Shown: piece by piece, positions 1 through 8,920 of the stretch
How the letters are laid out: every line of letters begins with the position of its first letter
Position numbering within the stretch: the stretch's first letter is position 1
Source: an uncultured virus (IMG/VR IMGVR_UViG_3300037400_006954)
Taxonomy: Duplodnaviria > Heunggongvirae > Uroviricota > Caudoviricetes
Virus record (IMG/VR): IMGVR_UViG_3300037400_006954
Strand: one strand, 5' to 3'
Length of the DNA stretch: 20,000 bases
Notes under the pieces: model-generated
What the model was told of the DNA's origin: nothing
Seen by the model: the letters and a program-made list of their open reading frames with translations, nothing else
Databases searched by the model: none
Program-made: the position numbers and the translations under genes

Positions 1-682
1 GGATCTTGGACAGCCTCTCCATGTCAGCCTTCATGTCGTCCCTGGATGGCAGCAGGTCCAGTGCCTTCCTGGCAGCTTCCAGCGTCCTGTCGGTGGCCGA
101 AAGCTCCTCCTCCAGCCTGGATATCGTCTGCCGCATCGAGGCTATCGACGCGTCGAAGTTCTCGGGCTTGGAGTAGCTCTGGATTATGGGCCCCAGCTCG
201 GACCATATCTTGCTTGCGTCGCCTATGCCTATCAGCTTCTGGAACGCCTTCTCGCGCTTGGCGGGCTCGTCGAACAGTATCGTCTGTATCTCGCACTGCT
301 GTATGAACCCAACCTGCTTGAGGACCTCCTTGTCGACCCCCACTCTCTCGTACAGGGCCCTCTCTATGTTCTTCACGCCTGTTACCGTCTCGTTCCCCAG
401 CTTGAGGACCGCCTCGGTGCTGTGGAGCTTGCGCATCACGGAGCATTCCATCCCGTTGTGCGTGAAGTAGAGCTTTGCGCTCCCCTCGGTCTCCCCCCAG
501 CTTACCAGGTCCTCCCTCCTCCACGGGGGATGCTCTCCGGTAAGGCAGAACTGTATGGCCCCCACGAACGTGCTCTTTCCGTGCCCCATCTCGCCGGTCA
601 GGGCTATGAGGTTTCCGTTGAAGTCGGCCGCGAAGTCCCTGTGCACCATGTAGTTGTGCAGCTCTAGTCTGTTAAGCGTCAT
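1..682 (-). CDS. sbcC: SbcC/Rad50/gp46-like SMC-family ATPase, N-terminal part (runs off window)
   Basis: Not in the ORF track because it has no stop in the window. Manual translation from ATG 682: MTLNRLELHNYMVHRDFAADFNGNLIALTGEMGHGKSTFVGAIQFCLTG..., the typical SMC N-terminus with Walker A GEMGHGKST; it lies just downstream of an SbcD-like gene. Confidence 0.9.
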   Translation of the reverse strand, partial: MTLNRLELHNYMVHRDFAADFNGNLIALTGEMGHGKSTFVGAIQFCLTGEHPPWRREDLVSWGETEGSAKLYFTHNGMECSVMRKLHSTEAVLKLGNETVTGVKNIERALYERVGVDKEVLKQVGFIQQCEIQTILFDEPAKREKAFQKLIGIGDASKIWSELGPIIQSYSKPENFDASIASMRQTISRLEEELSATDRTLEAARKALDLLPSRDDMKADMERLSKI

Positions 683-683
683 T

Positions 684-902
684 TCATGCCTCCCTCTCGC
701 CGTGATAGTCGATGAAGTCAACCCCGACCCTGCCTATGGGGAGGTGCTCGTCGAAGCGCCTCTTCTGTTCGGCAAGGTCGTATAGCCTGCTCGCCCTCCA
801 CTTGACGTGCTCCATGCTTATCCGCCTGTGCTGTTTCCTGCATTTCCTGATGTAGTCCCGCAGGAACTCTATTTCGGTCTCTATCATCGTGATCTCAGGC
901 AT
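684..902 (-). CDS. hypothetical protein (72 aa) between sbcD and sbcC
   Basis: Start overlaps the sbcD end, GGAGAGGAGG lies upstream, and the stop is 1 nt before the sbcC start. Confidence 0.75.
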   Translation of the reverse strand: MPEITMIETEIEFLRDYIRKCRKQHRRISMEHVKWRASRLYDLAEQKRRFDEHLPIGRVGVDFIDYHGEREA

Positions 903-1974
903 GAGGGGCCTCCTCTCCGTCCATGAACTTACCGACAGTGACTTTCAGCGCTTCAGGGGCGCGAAGTATCGCGCGTATCAGTTCGGCCTCCACCGAGTCC
1001 GGCTTGAAGCTTAGCTCGAGCGCCTGCTCCAGCCCTATGACTCCAGCCGTCCGGTCTATCCTGTCCGTGTCGTCCTCGGCCACCTCCACCTGGTGCACCG
1101 TCTGCACCCTCATGAGGAGGTTCTTCGAGGCCGCCAGCGCCCTGAGGCGCGTGACTCCGTCCTTTATGTCGGACGATACGAACATGGAGTACAGCGTCTT
1201 GGAATTCTTCCTTGCAGACGACTCGAACTTGGCGAACTCCTCTTCCGAGCCTATTACCACCGGCTCTATCTTCCTTGTCTTGATCGGCGTCCTGCCTATC
1301 GCGAACGTCTTGGGGTCCACCGTGACGAAGCTCTTGTCCTTCTGCTCGTTCATCGAGCACATCTCCGTCGATCCGCTGTACACGAACCTTATGCCGTCTA
1401 TCTCCACGTCCTGGCTCATGTGTATGTGCCCCATGAGCACGAGCTTCACCCCCATCTCCTTAATGGAAGGCATTATCTCCGCCGCGGACACGTCGCTTGC
1501 CGAGCCCATCCTGTTGAGCTCGCCCAGGGCGATGTGAAGCACGAGGATGTCGCACTTGACGTCCCTTCCCGCCATGGAGTTGAGGCTCTCGACGAGATCG
1601 GCATGCCGCTGGTACCCCAGGCCGCATGCGGTGACTCCGTCGCACACCTCGACCGGCTCCTCGGTCAGCGGCGTGATGCCGCACACCCTCAGCCACCTGC
1701 CTCCGGATATGTCGTGGTTCCCGTCTATGCCGAACACGTGGTACTTCCCTCCTCTGGAAAGCCTGCGTATCTCCGACTGGACGAACTCAACCGCGAACGA
1801 CGGGGGATACACCATGTCGAACAGGTCTCCGCCTATTATCAGCGCTCCCCCCTCCTTTACCGCGTGCAGGCTGTCCACCATGTCGCCAAAAGACGCCATG
1901 AAGTCCTCGCCGCGCGACTTTATCGACCACTGGGTGGTAACCCCTATGTGGTTGTCAGCCGTGAAAGCTATCAT
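895..1974 (-). CDS. sbcD: SbcD/Mre11/gp47-like metallophosphoesterase nuclease
   Basis: Calcineurin-like motifs ADNHIG, GGDLFD, GNHD, LH, MGHIH and YSGS, next to a Rad50-like ATPase. Confidence 0.92.
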   Translation of the reverse strand: MIAFTADNHIGVTTQWSIKSRGEDFMASFGDMVDSLHAVKEGGALIIGGDLFDMVYPPSFAVEFVQSEIRRLSRGGKYHVFGIDGNHDISGGRWLRVCGITPLTEEPVEVCDGVTACGLGYQRHADLVESLNSMAGRDVKCDILVLHIALGELNRMGSASDVSAAEIMPSIKEMGVKLVLMGHIHMSQDVEIDGIRFVYSGSTEMCSMNEQKDKSFVTVDPKTFAIGRTPIKTRKIEPVVIGSEEEFAKFESSARKNSKTLYSMFVSSDIKDGVTRLRALAASKNLLMRVQTVHQVEVAEDDTDRIDRTAGVIGLEQALELSFKPDSVEAELIRAILRAPEALKVTVGKFMDGEEAPHA

Positions 1975-1986
1975 CTTTCATTCCTT

Positions 1987-2127
1987 TCATCTGCGAATAT
2001 GCACTTTAACCCAGTTCCACGCCGACAGCACTGGAAGCGAAACCGCCAGCAGTGCCGCCAGCATGGCGAGCAGTACCCCCAGGGACATCTCCCTGAGGAA
2101 CTTGTTCAGTAGTGACAAAGCATCCAT
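1987..2127 (-). CDS. small single-pass membrane protein (46 aa)
   Basis: MDALSLLNKFLREMSLGVLLAMLAALLAVSLPVLSAWNWVKVHIRR*; GGAGG RBS 4 nt upstream; fills the gap between neighbours; below the ORF-track cutoff. Confidence 0.7.
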   Translation of the reverse strand: MDALSLLNKFLREMSLGVLLAMLAALLAVSLPVLSAWNWVKVHIRR

Positions 2128-2154
2128 GATGCCTCCTTTTTCAAGTCACTCAGG

Positions 2155-2415
2155 TCAGAATAACAGATTCCAGAGGTCGCAAAGCGCATCCGCCGCGTTC
2201 CTGGCGTGGTATGCGCTCTTGTCAAACAGATAACCTATCTCTTCCTTCACCTGCCTGTTGAACTCCCCGTCGGAAAGCCTCTTGGTCTTGTTGGACTTTC
2301 CCCATGACGTGAACGCCTCGTGGACTTCGGACGGCTCGGCCTTGCTTGCCGGCACAGTGAAGCTCACGTTTCTCGTGGGAGGGCCTGGTTCTCTTCTCCG
2401 TCTGTTACTTGACAT
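2155..2415 (-). CDS. hypothetical protein (86 aa)
   Basis: GGAGA RBS; first gene after a promoter-like site. Confidence 0.7.
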   Translation of the reverse strand: MSSNRRRREPGPPTRNVSFTVPASKAEPSEVHEAFTSWGKSNKTKRLSDGEFNRQVKEEIGYLFDKSAYHARNAADALCDLWNLLF

Positions 2416-2483
2416 GGCATCTCCGGTTTGTCGGTTGAAGATACAGCCGTCAGGTATGCGTGGAGAATCCTAGTCATCCACCT

Positions 2484-2512
2484 AGTCTACTATTTCCGTC
2501 TTTTCAATACAA
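2484..2512 (-). promoter_or_regulatory. sigma70-like promoter for the sbcDC-containing operon
   Basis: Minus strand TTGTAT-N17-TAGACT in an AT-rich gap just downstream of a terminator. Confidence 0.55.
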
Positions 2513-2528
2513 CAGATAAAAGTCTGTG

Positions 2529-2569
2529 AAAAATGGCCCCTGCGCCTCGGCTTGCGGAGGGCAGGGGCC
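2529..2569 (-). terminator. intrinsic terminator ending the amidoligase operon
   Basis: GGCCCCTGC (2535-2543)/GCAGGGGCC (2561-2569) stem followed on the minus strand by ATTTTT; 10 nt after the stop at 2580. Confidence 0.8.
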
Positions 2570-2579
2570 TTTTGAGCTG

Positions 2580-5252
2580 TCAGTTGAACACGTTCCGGCA
2601 TCCAATGACCGTGGACCTGTTGAGATACCAGTTCCTGTCAGGCGACCTGAACGGCATCCCGCACATGGCCACGGTCTGCTTGAACAACGGACCCGAATCG
2701 CCGCTTACGCTGCTTATGGTCCTGATGTCCTCCATGCCGTGGTAGTCGGACGAACCGTTCGTCAGGTACCTGTTTATGATCTTGTCCGCGATATTCACGC
2801 TAGGCCATTCCTTGGCCGTGACGCACAGCTCGTTGTCGCGGAACCCGGAGAACGTCTTCTCCTTCACGAACGCAGTCATGAGCGGGAATCCGCAGCGCAT
2901 CCTGAACACGAGTCTCGAGTACAGGGCGAGGTCTCCCGACATGTCTATGATGAACACAAGGCGCCCGAAGCTGTCCTGTCTCGTCGTCACGGACAGGCCT
3001 TCGTATCCGGCCTCGTACACTCCGCTAGGGAGCTTGTAGAAAGCCCGGTCGCCGAACAGATACTTCTTGTACTTCTTCGTGCACTCCACCAGGCTGTCGT
3101 GGTGGGCGTAGATCCTGCGGTCCTCGCACTCGGAGACGGAGCCGTCGTCCAGTATGCACGCCGGCGTGCCGTTGCCGAGCACGATGGTCTGCAGGAACAC
3201 CGTTCCAACGTCCCTTTCGAGCGTGGACGCCGCGTTCAGCGCCTTCTCCGCGTCGATGTTGGTCTCGATCAGGAGGAGGTGTCTCCTGCCCGTACCGGGC
3301 TTCCTGTGCGCGAAGTTCAGCTGCTCCATGGTTTTGCCGCCGCTCAGGCGGTTGAGGAACGCCGTGAACTTGGCCTTGTCCTCCTCCGTGTCGCCAAGGG
3401 CGCACATGATTCCGCGCGACTCCCCGAGCGGGTCCGGGAACACCTCTCCGGTGTCCTCCGGCGAGCCGAGCGCGGGCGACAGCTGCGTCACGAGTCCCGA
3501 ATACACGTTGGTTATCAGGCGGTCGGTCGGCCTCGACCCGTCGTCCCTTGTCTTGAGGAACTTCGTTATCTCGCTCCTCACGCCGCTTGGGCTGCACGTC
3601 TTCCTTATCGCGACGCACATTCCCTCCATGAACGCCGACAGAGGCGTGTACCTGTCGTACATCGACCTGTCGAACTTCTGCTTCGTGAGGAAGGGGCTCG
3701 TCGTGAGCGAGCTTACCTCCGCCAGGCTCGCCGGGGTGGCCGTGGCGAACATGGTCTTCAGCTTCTTTATGTTCTTGACGAGGTTGTCGTCCTCGTCTTC
3801 GTCCGACGTGTTGCGCGAGTACACGTGGTAGTTGTTCGGATCGTCGCTGGCATCCTCGTCGAGGTGGGTCATCGCGAACCACTCGAAGCCCATCTCGTTC
3901 CTCACGAGATGCTTTTCCGAGAAGTCCGGAATGTTCTTGTCGTTGACCTGGATCAGCTTTATGGGCTTGCGGCAGGGGCTGATGAACGACTGCGTGTTCG
4001 AGAACGAGCAGTCGATGTCCGGCCCCAGGAAGCAGCCGTACATAGCCATGATCGGCGCATTCTCCGGAGGGCTGCCGTGCTCGGCAAGCCACGTCGTCTC
4101 GTATTCGTCCGTGGCCTGCGTGCATTCGGGCGTAGCGCCCCATACGGAGAGCTTCGAGGACACGCCTATCTTGCACTGGCACGACAGGCCCGCGTCCATG
4201 GCGTAGGCGGCGCGGTACACCTGCAGCACGTAGTCCCAGAACGGCTGGTGGTTGCTGATGCACAGAGCCGGGCTGAGGTTGTCGTCCACGCCGTCGTTGT
4301 CGTGGATGAGTTCCGCGTTTCCGCCTATGAACAGGCCGATCTTGTCGTCCAGCCTGCCCTTGAGAGCCGTGTCCATGTCCCTGAAGTAGTATCCGTGAAG
4401 CGGGTTCCCCGATCCGGATACGCCCTTGGCGTCCCACAGGAACTTCAGCGGCGCGCTCAGGCATGCGTTCCACACCACGGCGTCGTCCTCGCGCACCAGC
4501 CGGAACAGGTCTATGGCCCGCTCCGTGGTCTTGAACAGCAGCGTGCCTCCACGTGCCGTGTTCATTGGATTCGCCTCAACCGTGCTCACGCCGGGCGCTG
4601 TCTTTACGAACAGCTCCAGCACGGACAGCGGAAGCGCGTACGGGGCGCCCTCCAGCGGAGTTCCGTCCGGCTTGAAGCGCTTCGAGAGGTACTCCATCGC
4701 GGACTTGTACGCCACGTCGATGTTCTTCAGCGTCGCGACCCTCTCGTCCGTGAACTTGAGGTTCATGACCTCCTTTGCGATGTGCTGCGTGCGGAGGGCG
4801 AGCTTTACGGCCAGCAGGTTCTTGTTGAGTCCGCCGTCCTTGCCCGGCTTCGCATGCGTCTCGCCCTTGTCGTGCAGGGCCTCTACCAGTTTCTCCGGAT
4901 ACTCGCCATGCGTCAGGGACACGTATGCCATGTCCAGGAGCCGTGCGATCTTCGGAACCGCTGACAGCTCCGCCACGACCGTGCCTATGGCGGCGGACTT
5001 CGGGGTCCACCTTATCTGGTTGAACTTCTCGTCGAACGACGAAGCGGCCACGGAGAAGTCCGGGCCTTCCGCCATTCCCATGTCGGCCAGAAGCCTCTTT
5101 ATGGCGTCTGTCGACTTGCCGATGCACGAGTAGTGCGTGACGGGCCGCGTGGGGAGCGAGTACCGCCTTAGGAACGACACCACTTCCACCTTAGACCCGA
5201 GGCTGGTCCCCTTGTCGGAGAGCAGCGTCTTTACAGCTGTTTTCAGTTTCAT
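2580..5252 (-). CDS. large hypothetical protein (890 aa)
   Basis: Long ORF with G/C-ending codons and ATGA overlap with the upstream gene; no family motif recognised. Confidence 0.9.
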   Translation of the reverse strand: MKLKTAVKTLLSDKGTSLGSKVEVVSFLRRYSLPTRPVTHYSCIGKSTDAIKRLLADMGMAEGPDFSVAASSFDEKFNQIRWTPKSAAIGTVVAELSAVPKIARLLDMAYVSLTHGEYPEKLVEALHDKGETHAKPGKDGGLNKNLLAVKLALRTQHIAKEVMNLKFTDERVATLKNIDVAYKSAMEYLSKRFKPDGTPLEGAPYALPLSVLELFVKTAPGVSTVEANPMNTARGGTLLFKTTERAIDLFRLVREDDAVVWNACLSAPLKFLWDAKGVSGSGNPLHGYYFRDMDTALKGRLDDKIGLFIGGNAELIHDNDGVDDNLSPALCISNHQPFWDYVLQVYRAAYAMDAGLSCQCKIGVSSKLSVWGATPECTQATDEYETTWLAEHGSPPENAPIMAMYGCFLGPDIDCSFSNTQSFISPCRKPIKLIQVNDKNIPDFSEKHLVRNEMGFEWFAMTHLDEDASDDPNNYHVYSRNTSDEDEDDNLVKNIKKLKTMFATATPASLAEVSSLTTSPFLTKQKFDRSMYDRYTPLSAFMEGMCVAIRKTCSPSGVRSEITKFLKTRDDGSRPTDRLITNVYSGLVTQLSPALGSPEDTGEVFPDPLGESRGIMCALGDTEEDKAKFTAFLNRLSGGKTMEQLNFAHRKPGTGRRHLLLIETNIDAEKALNAASTLERDVGTVFLQTIVLGNGTPACILDDGSVSECEDRRIYAHHDSLVECTKKYKKYLFGDRAFYKLPSGVYEAGYEGLSVTTRQDSFGRLVFIIDMSGDLALYSRLVFRMRCGFPLMTAFVKEKTFSGFRDNELCVTAKEWPSVNIADKIINRYLTNGSSDYHGMEDIRTISSVSGDSGPLFKQTVAMCGMPFRSPDRNWYLNRSTVIGCRNVFN

Positions 5253-5557
5253 TTTACTATCCCCAGTTTCCTCAGGAGTCCGGTTCTCTTTTTCCTGAAT
5301 ATCAGGTCGCTTGAATACGGGCGACTGTTCCGTGCGTCCTTGTTCCTGGAGGACTCCACGAACTCCAGGTCAGGACGCTCCGCCAGAATGCGCTTTCGCA
5401 CCCTGGTCTCGCACTCGCCGAGGTCGTACCCCGGCTTTATCTCGAACATGTGCTCGGGCGTCGCGTACGGGGCTTTCATCCCGTGCGTGGCGGTGGTCTC
5501 GCACATGAGGTAGGTCTTGTGCTTTTCCTCTCTTGTGAACAGGTGAGCTATTATCAT
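5249..5557 (-). CDS. hypothetical protein (102 aa)
   Basis: ATGA overlaps at both ends; AGGAGG RBS. Confidence 0.8.
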   Translation of the reverse strand: MIIAHLFTREEKHKTYLMCETTATHGMKAPYATPEHMFEIKPGYDLGECETRVRKRILAERPDLEFVESSRNKDARNSRPYSSDLIFRKKRTGLLRKLGIVK

Positions 5558-7257
5558 ACAGCCTCCTTGTCTCCGCCGTCCTTGTTGTCGTTGTTGTCCT
5601 TGTCGTCCTTGCCGCCCTGGATGTCGATGGTGGTCGAGTCGTCGTCGATGACGACCATGCCGTCATCGTCGGTCTCGAAACCGTCCAGCGGGTTTACGTC
5701 GTCGCACGTCGCGACGTTGTCCAGCGCTCCGGCCGCATCCGTGTCGCCGATCGTCCCGGCTCCGGTGTCCGTGGCGCCATCAGCATCCGTGCTGGCGCCT
5801 CCGTCGTCTCCGGTGTCCTTTGCGGCGGCATACGAGTAGTACTCGCCTACGCAGTCGTTGATGTAGCACAGCAGCATCTGCAGTGCGTCTGCGGAGTCGT
5901 CGGGCGAGAGCGTGTCGAACCCGACCAGGTCCTCGACCATGAACTCGACCATCTCGTCCTCGTCTCTGCTTAGCACGAAGCACTTGGAGACCTTGTCCGT
6001 TTCGGTGGTCTTGAAGTCCATCTTCAGGTTGAGCAGCCTGGCCAGCGCGTTGACGCGCTTGCACGTCTCCTTTATGCCGAGGTTGACGGCCCATTCCGTG
6101 GGCACTACCGCCCTCGGAGCCTGTTCGTGGCACATGGTGTACTCGTACAGCACGGCCACGTTGCTTGCGAACTTTTCGACGTAATTCGTGACGGCCTTCT
6201 CGTCGAATCCCTCGTCCTTGGACTTGGCCAGTTCCTCAAACGCCTCGCACAGGCCTGCGGTCGCGACCTCGTCGAAGCACTTCGGAAGGATGCCGCGAAT
6301 TATCTTCTCGACTTCCTTCTCCGTCTCCGTTTCCGAGTATATGTATCTCCCCGTGATCGCGTTCTCGAGGACCATATGCGCAAGAGCGAGCTGGCACACG
6401 CCTTTAGCACCCGCCAGCTTGAGTAGCATTTTCCCGTCAAAGTCCGAGAATTTTTGCATTTTTCCATCCTGCTTTGATTTTCTTGATTTTTTGCTTCCGG
6501 CTTGCTTTTTCCAGCCTTGTCCGCTGTAGTATCCTTCGTATCCGGCTCCGTAGAGCTCGCCGTCGTATCCGTCGTAGCCGCCGTACGATCCGCAGTACCC
6601 TCCGTATGAGCCGCCACGAAACCCGGCGGCACCGGCCGCCCCACCTCCCTTCCAGGAAGTGACAGAGGTGACCTTGTATCCGGAGTTGGATGCGTAGAAC
6701 GCGACCTCGCCGTTTTCCTTTCTGTCATATTCGCTCACCCATGTGCCGTACCGTATCACTCGGTTGTCGGGCATGATGAAGCAGAACTTGTTCGAATAAC
6801 CGCAGAAGTGTTCGACCAGGTTGTCGAGATCCTCGTGGAACTTCCCGTCCTTGTACGCCTCTTTGCCGAGGCCCCTGTAGTACGGGATGAATATCTTCCT
6901 GAAGAAGAACTCGGAATCGGTCCCTTCCCACTTTACCCTCTTCATCATCGAGTCCAGGTCGGTCAGCGTCATGTTGTGCATGAACAGGATGTTGTCCGAT
7001 TCCCAGCCGTGGACGTTTTCAAGGCTCTTGGGCCCCCTCGACGGAATCCTGGCGTGCATGACGAATGCGTCTTCGTCCTTCACCTTTTCGTCGAAGAATC
7101 CGATGGCCTCGTTGCTGTCCAGCGTCCTTATGGTGTCCCGCGTGCCATCAGGCCTCAGGGCCGCCATGAAGAATCCGGCAGAGTTTACCCGCATGGACTC
7201 AAGCACCTCTTCGCGCTTGATGTGCCGCTTCTTCGCGGCCGTGCAGATTATACACAT
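5554..7257 (-). CDS. class II (Ntn) glutamine amidotransferase domain protein with long C-terminal extension (567 aa)
   Basis: True start is inside the 803-aa track ORF at MCIIC (catalytic Cys2, AAAGGA RBS). Motifs NSAGF, MHARIPS, ENVHGW, FMHNM and TDSE follow the GATase-II pattern. Confidence 0.85.
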   Translation of the reverse strand: MCIICTAAKKRHIKREEVLESMRVNSAGFFMAALRPDGTRDTIRTLDSNEAIGFFDEKVKDEDAFVMHARIPSRGPKSLENVHGWESDNILFMHNMTLTDLDSMMKRVKWEGTDSEFFFRKIFIPYYRGLGKEAYKDGKFHEDLDNLVEHFCGYSNKFCFIMPDNRVIRYGTWVSEYDRKENGEVAFYASNSGYKVTSVTSWKGGGAAGAAGFRGGSYGGYCGSYGGYDGYDGELYGAGYEGYYSGQGWKKQAGSKKSRKSKQDGKMQKFSDFDGKMLLKLAGAKGVCQLALAHMVLENAITGRYIYSETETEKEVEKIIRGILPKCFDEVATAGLCEAFEELAKSKDEGFDEKAVTNYVEKFASNVAVLYEYTMCHEQAPRAVVPTEWAVNLGIKETCKRVNALARLLNLKMDFKTTETDKVSKCFVLSRDEDEMVEFMVEDLVGFDTLSPDDSADALQMLLCYINDCVGEYYSYAAAKDTGDDGGASTDADGATDTGAGTIGDTDAAGALDNVATCDDVNPLDGFETDDDGMVVIDDDSTTIDIQGGKDDKDNNDNKDGGDKEAV

Positions 7258-7271
7258 TGTCAGGTCCTTTC

Positions 7272-8450
7272 TTACTTTGTCGCTATTGCCATTTCGACGA
7301 GCTTCTTGAGCGGCATGCTCGTCGTGTTGTCGTGGACGAACTCGTAGAACGCCTTCTTGGACACGGCGTCCTCCGGGTTCCGGCAGCACTTTCCGGCGTA
7401 CCTGACGATCAGGGTCATGAGCTCGACGATCCTGTGGATCGACAGGGCGTGAAGCGTTCCCTTGGCCCGCCTGAACTCGATCGTGTACCTGTGCTCCGTG
7501 TTTATCTCGGTTCCGTGCGACGTGGTGCCGCACATCGTCAGCTTGCAGTGCGGGGCCGGCTGCGTCGCGTCGCAGACGTGGTCCGTGGCCCACTGCGTGG
7601 CGCTGTTCCACGTGTTTACGTCCTGCCTGATCAGCTTGTCGATGGCCAGGTCGATGAACTCGTACCCGGACATCCCGCCGTCCGCCAGCCTTGCGGTTCC
7701 GTCGAACAGGGAGCTCCCGTTCGGGGTGCTGCAGTACCTGGTCTGCTTCCTGAGGCACACGCGGTCGATGAACGACGCGTCCGCTATCGAGAAGTACACC
7801 ATCATGATCATCACCTTCGCGATGTACATCCTGGCCTGGGTGTTCTTCACCGGGATGTTGTCGCATTCCATGAACTGGTTCAGCCCGACGTGGACATGCA
7901 GGCCGGTGCACGGATGGTCGAACGACGTGAGCCACGGAGACAGGATGTTCTCCAGCCCCAGCCACGTCTTCGGATCCCTGTACACGCGCGGAGGCAGCGG
8001 ATCGGTTATCAGCTCGAATCCGAACTCCCCTCCGTGGTCGCCGTCCAGCGAACCGTCCCTTTCGAAGTGGAACCAGTTCGAGACCAGGTCCTTAGTCATG
8101 TTGCTGACGTGCAGGCGTTCGTACGCGGACGTTATGGTCTCGAGCTCCACGCCTGCGGACGGCCACTGGCCTGCCACGAGGAACCTGTTGTGGGGGACGG
8201 TGGAATGGTATCCGGTCTTGCCCTGGTGGATTGCCTCGTTCATGCTCATCAGCGCCCCGGTGGCAGAGCTGCCGGGGGCCGTTACCTCGGCCAGCCTGGG
8301 GTTCCGCCTTATGATCGCCTCGGTGTCCTCCGTGCTGTGTCCCTTGCCCCTGAGAAGCAGGGGATCTCGTTCGTAGCCGTCTCGTGCGGCCGGGTCTCCC
8401 CCCTCTCCTCCCGCGAGGAACCTGGGGTCTCCGTATAGGAAAAGTTCCAT
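7272..8450 (-). CDS. putative amidoligase (COOH-NH2 ligase, glutamine-synthetase/GCS-like fold, Amidoligase_2-type)
   Basis: Motifs GYHS, GVELE, ERDGSL, GFELITDP, TGLHVHVG and TIEFR..GTL; AAAGGA RBS; adjacent to GATase-II. Confidence 0.85.
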   Translation of the reverse strand: MELFLYGDPRFLAGGEGGDPAARDGYERDPLLLRGKGHSTEDTEAIIRRNPRLAEVTAPGSSATGALMSMNEAIHQGKTGYHSTVPHNRFLVAGQWPSAGVELETITSAYERLHVSNMTKDLVSNWFHFERDGSLDGDHGGEFGFELITDPLPPRVYRDPKTWLGLENILSPWLTSFDHPCTGLHVHVGLNQFMECDNIPVKNTQARMYIAKVMIMMVYFSIADASFIDRVCLRKQTRYCSTPNGSSLFDGTARLADGGMSGYEFIDLAIDKLIRQDVNTWNSATQWATDHVCDATQPAPHCKLTMCGTTSHGTEINTEHRYTIEFRRAKGTLHALSIHRIVELMTLIVRYAGKCCRNPEDAVSKKAFYEFVHDNTTSMPLKKLVEMAIATK

Positions 8451-8464
8451 TTGCGTATTCCTTT

Positions 8465-8920
8465 CTAGAATGCGTTTCGTATACCGTTTTCGTCAGTGAA
8501 GCTCGCGCTGCCAGAAGTGGCGCCCGGCCTTCCGTTGTCGGACATGTTGTCTATCTCGTCGGACGTCATCTTGGACGTCTCCACCGACAGTTCCCACCTG
8601 GACCTCGACGCCCCGTAGCACACTACCTTGCAGTCGTGCGTCATCGCCGAGTTGATGAACGACAGAAGCATCCCCAGCGAGTCGGTGATGCAGCTGCCGC
8701 GCCACCCGCTGAGGGGCACGGTCTGCCTTACGCTGCCGTCCTTGACGGCGTCGAAGTACACGACGTCTCCGTCGAGCATTCCGGCGATGGCCTGGACTAT
8801 CCTCTGCTTGTAGTCACCGTATTCCCTGAATACGGTGGACATCCTGTGCCCGCGGCCGAGCGGTTTGCCCACCGGGGTGAGGTGGAGCTTCACCACCTCG
8901 GAATCCCATTTCACAGTCAT
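8465..8920 (-). CDS. hypothetical protein (151 aa, MTVKWDSEVV...)
   Basis: Start re-assigned to the ATG overlapping the upstream TGA (ATGA) with an AAGGAG RBS; the longer track ORF overlaps the upstream gene out of frame. Confidence 0.75.
   Translation of the reverse strand: MTVKWDSEVVKLHLTPVGKPLGRGHRMSTVFREYGDYKQRIVQAIAGMLDGDVVYFDAVKDGSVRQTVPLSGWRGSCITDSLGMLLSFINSAMTHDCKVVCYGASRSRWELSVETSKMTSDEIDNMSDNGRPGATSGSASFTDENGIRNAF

Noticed and set aside
7258..7965. N-terminal 236 aa of the 803-aa track ORF
   Set aside because: Overlaps the amidoligase out of frame; the real start is the Met-Cys at 7257 required for an Ntn hydrolase.
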